Assembly (NCBI GenBank): GCA_964016885.1
Contig: OZ024753.1
Coordinates: 27,838,001 to 27,902,000 of the forward strand
Source: Eledone cirrhosa
Taxonomy: Eukaryota
Reading direction: 5' to 3'
DNA: 64,000 nt
Shown: piece by piece, positions 52,487 through 64,000 of the stretch
Position numbering within the stretch: the stretch's first letter is position 1
How the letters are laid out: every line of letters begins with the position of its first letter
The notes under the pieces: model-generated
The model's database searches: none
What the model saw: the letters and a program-made list of their open reading frames with translations, nothing else
Told to the model about the DNA's origin: nothing
Made by a program: the position numbers and the translations under genes

Positions 52487-54468
52487 AGGTTTTAGGTGTC
52501 CATGTAGTTACCTGCAGGCACAAACTTTCTTTCAACTCTCCCTTCCTCAATCTAACAGAACATTCAGGATGTGAAAGCTGGAAGGAGAGATGGTTTCCCC
52601 AGAATTTAGCTGGCAATTTCTTTATTGACTCCAAAAGGATGAAAGGCAAAATGGACATTGGCAGGATTTGAACTCAGAATGCATAAATATCCAATACTCT
52701 AATGACTTTGCCAAGTAACACACACACTATAAGGCACATAAACACATCCATATACTATATTCACACAAAACATATACCCAGGGGCACCTATAGCAAGCAG
52801 TGAAATAGCACCCCTGCACCTAAATAAATATAGTGCTATAGAAGAATTTTTTTTTTCGGATATGTAGTTAAAACCATTTTATTAATATGGTTATTTATTT
52901 TCCTAAATTCCTTCAAATTGTTGATTATTTACAAATTTAATTGAAAAACATAGATGATGTATTTCATTAGAAATATGGTAATGAAAGGATTGAAGTATTT
53001 CTGGTGTATTGTAATCTATGAGTGTGATCTCTGTCTAACATCTGCTGATATGTTGTTCTTTGCAGTTACTTCATGTGGAGATATGGAGATGTGGAAATAT
53101 CTAACATAATCTGCAATAGCTCTAGTGCAATTTCTTTGTGAGATTGTTATTATTAATGCTGGATCAATGTCTATGACAGTATCTACAGGGGGATATCCAT
53201 GAAGCTGAAGGGAAACAAGACAAGGAAGCAAGCTGAGTAACATGACTCAAGCTTAGCCTTAATAAAGAATATATAAACTTCTATGGTACTGAGTACTCAT
53301 TCTCACAAACATCAATACTAAGCACACGCACACACATTTACCCATGCTAGTGTGGAATTTTGGACATTAAACAATGATGATGATGATGACATACTACTTA
53401 CAGCTTAGTGGACTGGGTTATTGATAAGCTCAATGTGTTGATCATGGAGACAATATGGCGAAATATATAACACCTTTTTGCCCACTTATTCCTGAGAGGG
53501 TTGTGGGAGCAGAGTCTTCAAACACTTCTGAACATGTCCCTTGTTAACCTGGACAAAGGCGATGTGGTAACACAAATACCTGTTTTTAATTTTACTTATT
53601 TTACACCTTATTTTGTGAACAATAATGTCATTGTTTACAGTTTGTCAATAGTCTTCACTATAGTTCTGATGCTATTTCTATTGAGTTCAAAGCTCGCCTA
53701 AATTTGATAAATTAAGCACCAGTTCAGTACTGAGATCACTTTTTCCTTCATCTCTCTCTCTCTCATTATGACGCTATCAGTTGATTGGATAAAATTACTT
53801 AGTTATATAGTTGTCTGAAGTTATATAGTCTGGACTGAGGATTTAATGCAGCACCAGTCTCAGTTAGTGGATACAAACATGAATAGTTGTTTTGTACTTT
53901 AGTCTCCATACCGAACCATACCTCTCTTCAATATAACAGTAGAAATCAGATAACTTTATATAACATGTAAGATGTTTTGGCCCTGATCTTTAAAATGTAT
54001 CGTGGAAGATAATTGTTAGTCTATCTGGTAAAACTGTGTTGGCATTTGGCATGGGTGTGTTTCTTGTCTAGTTAGCCAGCATGTTCATGTGGTTTAGATA
54101 CAAAACTTACACATTAATCAATGCAAAGGCAGTTTTTCATATTTTCTTTCTTTTTTTTCGGGGGATATTTCTTTATCTTAGTTTATTGTTGGTCTGTTTT
54201 GAAATATGATCACCATTTTAATGATTCGCTTACATAAGAGGAAGCCCAGCTGCCCAGTATCAACTCATATAGGATGTTTATATATACATGCACATAAACA
54301 CACACACACATACATATAGATAGATACAGGCAACTGGGTATTGTTTCATCTCACAAAATTTTAAGAGATTGGTGAGTTATTTATTACACACACACACATA
54401 TATATATATATATATTTATTAAAATAACAGATTAGTCAGATTTTAGTCTTCAAATTTATTATTATTAC

Positions 54469-54552
<84 letters not shown>

Positions 54553-54961
54553 GACGTGTGTCATAAAAGAAACAGGACTGGAGTTGCATGAAAAATATTT
54601 CAAATCCAAAATACAAACTACAAGTTTTCCCCTCTTCAAAATAAACTCCCTTAAGTCTCACAAACTTTCCATCTTTCTCCACCTCATCTCCATGCACTCA
54701 TCACGGCCTTCATGTCCCTCTTTGAGCCTTTTGTGCCACTCAAAAACCTATGATAGTGATATCATCTCATCTCTGTTGCAGTATTCTGAGTGGTTCTGAT
54801 GGTGTTTTCCCCAGCCAGACCAGAAACTTTTGGTTGGTTCATTGCTGTGTGCTCATTGCTGGATAATATTCATAATTTTTCACACTCAAATACTATAAGA
54901 TATATTATTATATAAAGAAGTAATTTTATAAAAAGGAAATAAAACATATTGAGTAAGGGAT

Positions 54962-55920
54962 ATCATCATCATTATTGTTTAAAATCTATTTTCCACACTA
55001 GCATGCGTTAGACGGATTGTCTCATTTGAAGCAAGTCAGGTCAGGTGACTGTGTCTTGTTCATACAGAACTGTTTCTGGCTTGGTTTCTATGCCTAGATG
55101 CCCTTCATAATGCCAGCCACATTTACAGTGTGGATTGGGTGCTTTTTATTATGGTAGCAAAATGACCCTTTGCGAGGTCCAAATGTGCAAGATCAGCTTT
55201 TATCATCTCATCCTAGGTCTTCCTATTCCATAGCTTCCATCAACTTTGATCACCTTTTACATTCATATGCACCACATGGTAATACCAGTGCAGTCTCCTC
55301 TCTTGTACAGAGCACTTGATCCCCCCTATGCTCAGTTTCTCTCTCAGTTCATTTATGCTTTGCCATTCATGTATATTACTATTACACATCCATCGGAACA
55401 TACAGGTTTCATTTCTTTCCAATTTTCGCAGGTCCTCAGCACACACCACCCAGGTCTTACTACCATGCAACATTGCTGTTCATATAAATGCATCATATAA
55501 TCTGTCTTTCATTTTGAGGGAATAACCTTTTGTAGCTAGCAGTGGTAGTAGCTCACTGAACTTTCTCCATAATGTTCTCAATTTGGCTACAGTACTTTCA
55601 GAGCATCCACCTCCACTGCTAATTTGGTCACCCAGTTAATGTCACCTATTTCTACAAAGACCTCTGGGTGTTTAAAGGAGTTAGTATCCTGTGGACTGTT
55701 GCTACTTACTGCACCTGTGCAATGACCACATATAAAACCTGCATTCTTTGCTAGCCTACCTGAAATCCTACTACATCTCTTGTGTGCCCATAGCTTGTAT
55801 TTGGGGCATAGGATGGAATTTCTACCTATTCCTTTCCTGCACACTGAGCAGGGCCCAGATTCCCTGAGGGAATCTGGGCCCTGTTTTCCTTTCTACATAC
55901 TAGGACCTTAGTCTTACATA
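54962..55920 (-). pseudogene. Degenerate copy of the PHD-bearing RTE 3' end
   Basis: TKVLVCRKENR; CRKGIGRNSILCPK; LHGSKTW...LERNETCMFRWMCN. Confidence 0.85.
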
Positions 55921-56329
55921 TATTTTCATATAAGTCTATTCCATTTGTCAAAAGAAAATCTAACTTTGTACAAAGACTCAGCAAATAATTAGTAGTGTGT
56001 GCATGCATGCATTCCAGTTAAGCATTCTTTACATCTCTATCTATTTACCTGCCACTCAACTCAGTATATATTCTCCTCCCTCAACCCATATGTTAATTCT
56101 TACTTGACTCTCTTTACTCTCTCTCCTCTCTATATATGTTGTCAAACATGACATTAGATCAACTAACATTGAATTTTATATCTTATATATGTGTGTGTAC
56201 CAATATATATTTATATATATTCTTCAGTTGTTAACAATACACTTTCCCACTTCTTCTATATATCTGAGGCCTTATGTTAGTACAATGTCCCCACTCAATA
56301 TCCATCCCTTGCAGTTAGACAACAATAAG

Positions 56330-56620
56330 ACAAAAACACAAGTATACAAAGCAACAGTAACAACACCAACCAAAATGTATAAATCCAAAGCACCCAAGAG
56401 ATTCAGCCATAGTCACACTGCAACAGTTCAAGACCTCAGGCAGGTTTAGACCCCACACTGCCAAGCTTCTCCGCAAGATTGGAATGTTGGCGACCCATCT
56501 GAGGAAGGAGCCCCACAGGGTGGGGTGGCTGTTGCAGCGGATGTTGCTGGCCATTGTCCGCGGGAATGCTTTTGTGGTCTTGTCTACATGGCACAGCCCC
56601 ATTACTGCCGCGCACTAGGT
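56330..56620 (+). pseudogene. CRE-like (restriction-like endonuclease) non-LTR retrotransposon 3' relic
   Basis: KTSGRFRPHTAKLLRKIG...EPHRVGWLLQRMLLAIVRGNA resembles the ET.G..G......QR.S.A.QRGNA C-terminal motif. Confidence 0.6.
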
Positions 56621-57065
56621 CCAGAGCCCATCATCCTCCCACTTATTCTGTGACACTAGAACCCTTGCCTTTCCCTTCCTTTTCCATTTTTTATATTTTC
56701 TTATTTTACATTCTATAAAGCAAAGAATATTCCTTATAATGGAGGGATTCTCATTAAAGTTTGATTGTTCATCATGACATTCTAGACAGTCTGCTTTAAT
56801 ATGTTATTCTTTTATGGTTAGCATTTTCTCTAGTCCTAAAATTCTAGATTATTAATACCCTGGAATTCCCATCCTGCAACCATCAACTTACAGCTGTCAT
56901 GAGTAACATCAGCTGTGTTTATTATACTAGTCTTGAGGAAAGAGTGAGAGGCCTGTGAAAGCCATAGGCACACCCCCTTCATCTAGACCCCGTGAGAGGC
57001 ATCGAGAAGGTCCAGGGGTGCTGGGGCCTAAGGAGGTGGTGTGGGTGGTGGTAGAGATGATATAA

Positions 57066-57880
57066 TATCATCATCATCATTTTACGTCCGCTTTTCCCTG
57101 CTTGCAAGGGTGGGATGGGTCCTATTCAGCACAGCATCTCTCCACTTGTCACGGTCCTTTGTCATCTCCTCCGTGAGTTTCAGCGATCTGAGGTCTGCTC
57201 TCACCACCTCCGCCCATATTTTTCGTGGTCTTCCTCTACTGTGTTTTCCTTCTACTGGGATTTCTTGGAACTTCTTTACTCAGCAGTCATCCTCCATGTG
57301 CATCACATGTCCATACCATCTCAGTCTTCTCTCCTGCACACCACAACTTATCCCTCTTATACCCCCTTTCTTTCTCAACTCATCTATGCTTGGTCGTTCA
57401 CGCACATTGACATTGCACATCCAACGGAGCATGCTGGCTTCATTTCTCTCCAGCCATCACATATCCTCTGCAGTTGCTGCCCATGTCTCACTACCATGCA
57501 GCACCGTGCATCTCACTTAGGCATCTTATAACCGCCCTTTCGTATGCAGGGAGAAACCCTTCTTTGTCAACAGAGGAAGCAGCTCCCTAAACTTATTCCA
57601 ACCCGTCCTTATTCTAGATACTATGGCCTCGGAACAGCCCCCTCCCATGCTAATTTGATCACCTAGGTACTGGAAGCTATCAACCACTTCTATAGAACCC
57701 ACCTGCATTGGAAAAATGTGTTTATCACTGCGATTACTACTGCCAACTTTCCCTGTAGATCTACTGCATACATAGTTTTCCCTACCTGCTAGTTTGCCTG
57801 CTATCCTACTACATCTCTTGTGTACCCAAGATCTGCATTGCGTACATTTTATGGAATTTATGCCAGTTCCTTTTCTACAA
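57066..57880 (-). pseudogene. RTE 3' fragment (related subfamily)
   Basis: SIEVVDSFQYLGDQISMGGGCSEAIVSRIRTGWNKFRELLPLL; tail matches the SINE tail at 21595-21642. Confidence 0.85.
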
Positions 57881-59409
57881 TAGTATATTAAATATCAAAA
57901 GATACATATATATATAGTAAAATTAAAAATATATAATATTTATTTATACATAGTATGTATTATATTATTTATTATATATAAATTAACAATTTTATTTATT
58001 ATATATTATTTACAATTTGCGAGTAGGCAGGTCTCTCAGCAAATAGGGTATTATGTGGCCGTGAAGAAGGTGGTGACCCAAAACGTTTGAGAACCTCTAA
58101 TCTAGACTAAAGCAAGGGGGAAGGAAATGTCAGAGAGTTGGAGTTCTGGGGAGAAAAATGGGCAATGGGGTTAGTGTAGGGTCTGGAGAGTGAGACATGG
58201 TATGGAATATAAGAGATAGACATGTTGAAGAGCTTAAATAGCAGTAGTATGAAAACAGCTTGAGATGAGGCCATCACAGTATTGATAGAACATACTGTGA
58301 GAAGACAGTGTGCCTGTCAGACAGAGGCTGCAATGTGATAGTGAGGGAGTCTTTGGTAATCAGTGAGGTGGTCTTTTGGGGGGGATGTAGCATAGATTCT
58401 TTATGTGTGTAGCAGTAGTACTATCCCATATATGTGATCAATATTATAACGTGGTCAATGATGTGTGTATATAGTAGTAGTATTAGTAATAGTAATAGTA
58501 GTACTGTCCCATATGTGTTATCAGTACCGTAATGTGATCAAGGATGTCTGTATATTGGTAACAGCGCTGTCTGAAATATGTGAGTGGCACAGATAATGTG
58601 GTCTTGGACGTTTACATATATAATAGAAACACGCTCCCATATGTCTCAGCAAGACTCTAATGTGCTTTATGATGTTGGTGTGTGTAACAGTTGCACAGTA
58701 ATATGGTCTAAAACAGTAGTACCCAGGTTGAGATCATACAAACCCAAAGTGTTCAATCATTTCTATCTATTTGCCTGCCTCTCAACTCAGTATATATCCT
58801 CCTCCTTCAACCCATTTGGGGATTCATGAAAAAGAGGTTTTACAGGGTTTGTCATTGAAGTTTCAGTCCTTTGTGTCATTCTTAACGATACTATTTTAAT
58901 ATTATTCTTTTATGAAATGGTATATATATTTTTTTATAAAGGAAAATATAAAACATATTGTGTACATTCTTTTTATTATCAAATTTGGCCCTTTAGCATT
59001 TACATTACTCTATATAAACTATTGTATTTTCACAGTAAAGGCTTTATCTTACATAATTATCTCACATAATATTGAATCTACAAGATCTTGATATTATTTA
59101 TTTTGAAAACAATACCTTAATGTCAGTATGAGAGGCCAGTTTGAACAGAAAGAGGTGAAAGAATTCTGGCCGGATATGGCCGATTTAAATGTTAAAGACT
59201 TTCAGTAATATATTGGAGGTGTGTATCATGAAAATAAAAGTTCCAGTACACTGGTCTAGCATGTATATGTGTAGCAGTAACACTGTCTCACATATGGGAG
59301 CAATACTGTAATGTGGTCTATGTTACCTGTGTGTATAGTAGTAGCAGTATTGTCTCAGATATGTAAGCAGTAGTGTAAAGCGGTCTAGATTATCAGTGTG
59401 TCTCAGATG

Positions 59410-62400
59410 GTGTAGGATATTTGGGTGTGTAACAACAACACTGCCTCAGATATGTGAATAATACTGTAACAACAGTGTAGGATATTTGGGTGTGTAACAA
59501 CAACACTGCCTCAGATATGTGAATATTACTGTAACAACAGTGTAGGATATTTGGGTGTGTAACAACAACACTGCCTCAGATATGTGAATATTACTGTAAC
59601 AACAGTGTAGGATATTTGGGTGTGTAACAGCAACACTGCCTCAGATATGTGAATATTACTGTAACAACAGTGTAGGATATTTGGGTGTGTAACAGCAACA
59701 CTACCTCAGATATGTGAATATTACTGTAACAACAGTGTAGGATATTTGGGTGTGTAACAACAACACTGCCTCAGATATGTGAATATTACTGTAACAACAG
59801 TGTAGGATATTTGGGTGTGTAACAGCAACACTGCCTCAGATATGTGAATATTACTGTAACAACAGTGTAGGATATTTGGGTGTGTAACAACAACACTGCC
59901 TCAGATATGTGAATAATACTGTAACAACAGTGTAGGATATTTGGGTGTGTAACAACAACACTGCCTCAGATATGTGAATATTACTGTAACAACAGTGTAG
60001 GATATTTGGGTGTGTAACAACAACACTGCCTCAGATATGTGAATATTACTGTAACAACAGTGTAGGATATTTGGGTGTGTAACAGCAACACTGCCTCAGA
60101 TATGTGAATATTACTGTAACAACAGTGTAGGATATTTGGGTGTGTAACAGCAACACTGCCGCAGATATGTGAATATTACTATAACAACAGTGTAGGATAT
60201 TTGGGTGTGTAACAACAACACTGCCTCAGATATGTGAATATTACTGTAACAACAGTGTAGGATATTTGGGTGTGTAACAGCAACACTGCCTCAGATATGT
60301 GAATATTACTGTAACAACAGTGTAGGATATTTGGGTGTGTAACAACAACACTGCCTCAAATATGTGAATATTACTGTAACAACAGTGTAGGATATTTGGG
60401 TGTGTAACAACAACACTGCCTCAGATATGTGAATAATACTGTAACAACAGTGTAGGATATTTGGGTGTGTAACAGCAACACTGCCTCAGATATGTGAATA
60501 TTACTGTAACAACAGTGTAGGATATTTGGGTGTGTAACAGCAACACTGCCTCAGATATGTGAATAATACTGTAACAACAGTGTAGGATATTTGGGTGTGT
60601 AACAACAACACTGCCTCATATGTGAATAATACTGTAACAACAGTGTAGGATATTTGGGTGTGTAACAACAACACTGCCTCAGATATGTGAATAATACTGT
60701 AACAACAGTGTAGGATATTTGGGTGTGTAACAACAACACTGCCTCAAATATGTGAATATTACTGTAACAACAGTGTAGGATATTTGGGTGTGTAACAACA
60801 ACACTGCCTCAAATATGTGAATATTACTGTAACAACAGTGTAGGATATTTGGGTGTGTAACAACAACACTGCCTCAAATATGTGAATATTACTGTAACAA
60901 CAGTGTAGGATATTTGGGTGTGTAACAACAACACTGCCTCAAATATGTGAATATTACTGTAACAACAGTGTAGGATATTTGGGTGTGTAACAACAACACT
61001 GCCTCAAATATGTGAATATTACTGTAACAACAGTGTAGGATATTTGGGTGTGTAACAACAACACTGCCTCAAATATGTGAATAATACTGTAACAACAGTG
61101 TAGGATATTTGGGTGTGTAACAACAACACTGCCTCAAATATGTGAATATTACTGTAACAACAGTGTAGGATATTTGGGTGTGTAACAGCAACACTGCCTC
61201 AGATATGTGAATAATACTGTAACAACAGTGTAGGATATTTGGGTGTGTAACAACAACACTGCCTCAGATATGTGAATATTACTGTAACAACAGTGTAGGA
61301 TATTTGGGTGTGTAACAACAACACTGCCGCAAATATGTGAATATTACTGTAACAACAGTGTAGGATATTTGGGTGTGTCACAACAACACTGCCTCAGATA
61401 TGTGAATATTACTGTAACAACAGTGTAGGATATTTGGGTGTGTAACAGCAACACTGCCTCAGATATGTGAATATTACTGTAACAACAGTGTAGGATATTT
61501 GGGTGTGTAACAACAACACTGCCTCAAATATGTGAATATTACTGTAACAACAGTGTAGGATATTTGGGTGTGTAACAACAACACTGCCTCAGATATGTGA
61601 ATATTACTGTAACAACAGTGTAGGATATTTGGGTGTGTAACAGCAACACTGCCTCAGATATGTGAATATTACTGTAACAACAGTGTAGGATATTTGGGTG
61701 TGTAACAACAACACTGCCTCAGATATGTGAATATTACTGTAACAACAGTGTAGGATATTTGGGTGTGTAACAACAACACTGCCTCAGATATGTGAATATT
61801 ACTGTAACAACAGTGTAGGATATTTGGGTGTGTAACAGCAACACTGCCTCAGATATGTGAATAATACTGTAACAACAGTGTAGGATATTTGGGTGTGTAA
61901 CAACAACACTGCCTCAGATATGTGTAACAACAGTGTAGGATATTTGGGTGTGTAACAACAACACTGCCTCAGATATGTGTAACAACAGTGTAGGATATTT
62001 GGGTGTGTAACAACAACACTGCCTCAGATATGTGAATATTACTGTAACAACAGTGTAGGATATTTGGGTGTGTAACAACAACACTGCCTCAGATATGTGA
62101 ATATTACTGTAACAACAGTGTAGGATATTTGGGTGTGTAACAGCAACACTGCCTCAGATATGTGAATATTACTGTAACAACAGTGTAGGATATTTGGGTG
62201 TGTAACAACAACACTGCCTCAAATATGTGAATATTACTGTAACAACAGTGTAGGATATTTGGGTGTGTAACAACAACACTGCCTCAGATATGTGAATATT
62301 ACTGTAACAACAGTGTAGGATATTTGGGTGTGTAACAGCAACACTGCCTCAGATATGTGAATATTACTGTAACAACAGTGTAGGATATTTGGGTGTGTAA

Positions 62401-63256
62401 CAACAACACTGCCTCAGATATGTGAATAATACTGTAACAACAGTGTAGGATATTTGGGTGTGTAACAACAACACTGCCTCAAATATGTGAATAATACTGT
62501 AACAACAGTGTAGGATATTTGGGTGTGTAACAACAACACTGCCTCAGATATGTGAATATTACTGTAACAACAGTGTAGGATATTTGGGTGTGTAACAGCA
62601 ACACTGCCTCAGATATGTGAATAATACTGTAACAACAGTGTAGGATATTTGGGTGTGTAACAGCAACACTGCCTCAGATATGTGAATAATACTGTAACAA
62701 CAGTGTAGGATATTTGGGTGTGTAACAACAACACTGCCTCAGATATGTGAATAATACTGTAACAACAGTGTAGGATATTTGGGTGTGTAACAGCAACACT
62801 GCCTCAGATATGTGAATAATACTGTAACAACAGTGTAGGATATTTGGGTGTGTAACAACAACACTGCCTCAGATATGTGAATATTACTGTAACAACAGTG
62901 TAGGATATTTGGGTGTGTAACAACAACACTGCCTCAGATATGTGAATATTACTGTAACAACAGTGTAGGATATTTGGGTATGTAACAACAACACTGCCTC
63001 AAATATGTGAATATTACTGTAACAACAGTGTAGGATATTTGGGTATGTAACAACAACACTGCCTCAAATATGTGAATATTACTGTAACAACAGTGTAGGA
63101 TATTTGGGTGTGTAACAGCAACACTGCCTCAGATATGTGAATATTACTGTAACAACAGTGTAGGATATTTGGGTGTGTAACAACAACACTGCCTCAAATA
63201 TGTGAATATTACTGTAACAACAGTGTAGGATATTTGGGTGTGTAACAACAACACTG
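59410..63256. repeat. 65-bp minisatellite, about 59 copies
   Basis: Unit gtgtaggatatttgggtgtgtaacaacaacactgcctcagatatgtgaatattactgtaacaaca; starts at 59410, 59475 and so on. Confidence 0.97.
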
Positions 63257-63445
63257 TTTCATTTGTACCTTATTTAATCCAGCCCTCCAGATATGTTAAC
63301 AAAGCATAGGATTTGTTGATCACACCTAGTTGTTCAACTGACTACCTGTATCTCACAAATCTGCTGTATTTGTGTATATAAGGACTTGTAACTTCTGATA
63401 GAGTCGTAGGGACATCATCATGACATACAGCATGTATTGAACACT

Positions 63446-63672
63446 TTAACCCTTTAGCATTTACATTACTCTATATTTTCTATTGTATTTTCATTGTAAA
63501 CACTTTATCTCATAACTCTCTCACATATTATTGAATCTATGAGATTTTGATATTATTTATTTTGAGAAGAATACTTTAACGTCAGTATGACAAGCTGGCT
63601 ATGGCAGGTTTGAACAGAAAGAGGTGAGAGAATTCTGGCTGGATATGGACGGTTTAAATGCTAAAGGGTTAA
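63446..63672 (+). mobile_element. piggyBac-type MITE
   Basis: ttaa|ccctttagcattt ... aaatgctaaaggg|ttaa. Confidence 0.85.
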
Positions 63673-64000
63673 ACTTGGCACAGTCCATCCCCTCTCTAGA
63701 TCTGAACTCAGCTAATTTCTTCCAGAGAAGGAAAGAGAGAAAGAAAAAAATAATAAAGTGAAAGAATCAATCCAAATACTGGATTGATACTTCTATTATT
63801 GACCTTGAAAGGATGAAAAACAAAATTGACCTCATCAGAATTTGAACACCTATCCAATGTTCTAACAACTCTGCATCTTACTTTATTTAAGACTACAAAA
63901 CAGAACAAAAAAATGGATTTAGACACTATAAGCAAATCATTAGAGTGTTGGACTAAATGTTTTGCTGTATTTGTTCAAATTCTCTGCACTCTGAGTTCAA

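Noticed and set aside
59410-63256. CRISPR array or repetitive coding exon
   Set aside because: Units are contiguous with no unique spacers; 65 bp is not a multiple of 3 and the frames contain stops; eukaryotic context with no cas genes.

Overview
AT-rich, repeat-dense eukaryotic DNA, most likely an octopus or other coleoid cephalopod. That assignment is inferred from the SINE, RTE and microsatellite content. No complete host gene is visible; a few candidate spliced exons are listed at low confidence. Most ORFs in the supplied track are microsatellite artefacts. Recognisable content: RTE LINE fragments (one ~500-aa open RT with a PHD-like finger), Tx1/L1, R4/Dong, CRE-like and mariner relics, tRNA-derived SINEs carrying RTE tails, piggyBac-type and Tc1-type MITEs, and a 3.85-kb 65-bp minisatellite. 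The main hidden signal is a Penelope-like element (PLE) system. At least ten loci carry a minimal type-I hammerhead-ribozyme core (CUGANGA, stem II, GAAA, self-complementary stem III, UH) in sequence-unrelated contexts. They sit mostly in (TA)n tracts as head-to-head inverted repeats of 110 bp to 2.8 kb, often with a one-sided tail. One is a retrozyme-like 508-nt direct-repeat unit. PLE RT and GIY-YIG coding relics lie in the same interval. All RNA folds were assigned by eye and are untested.
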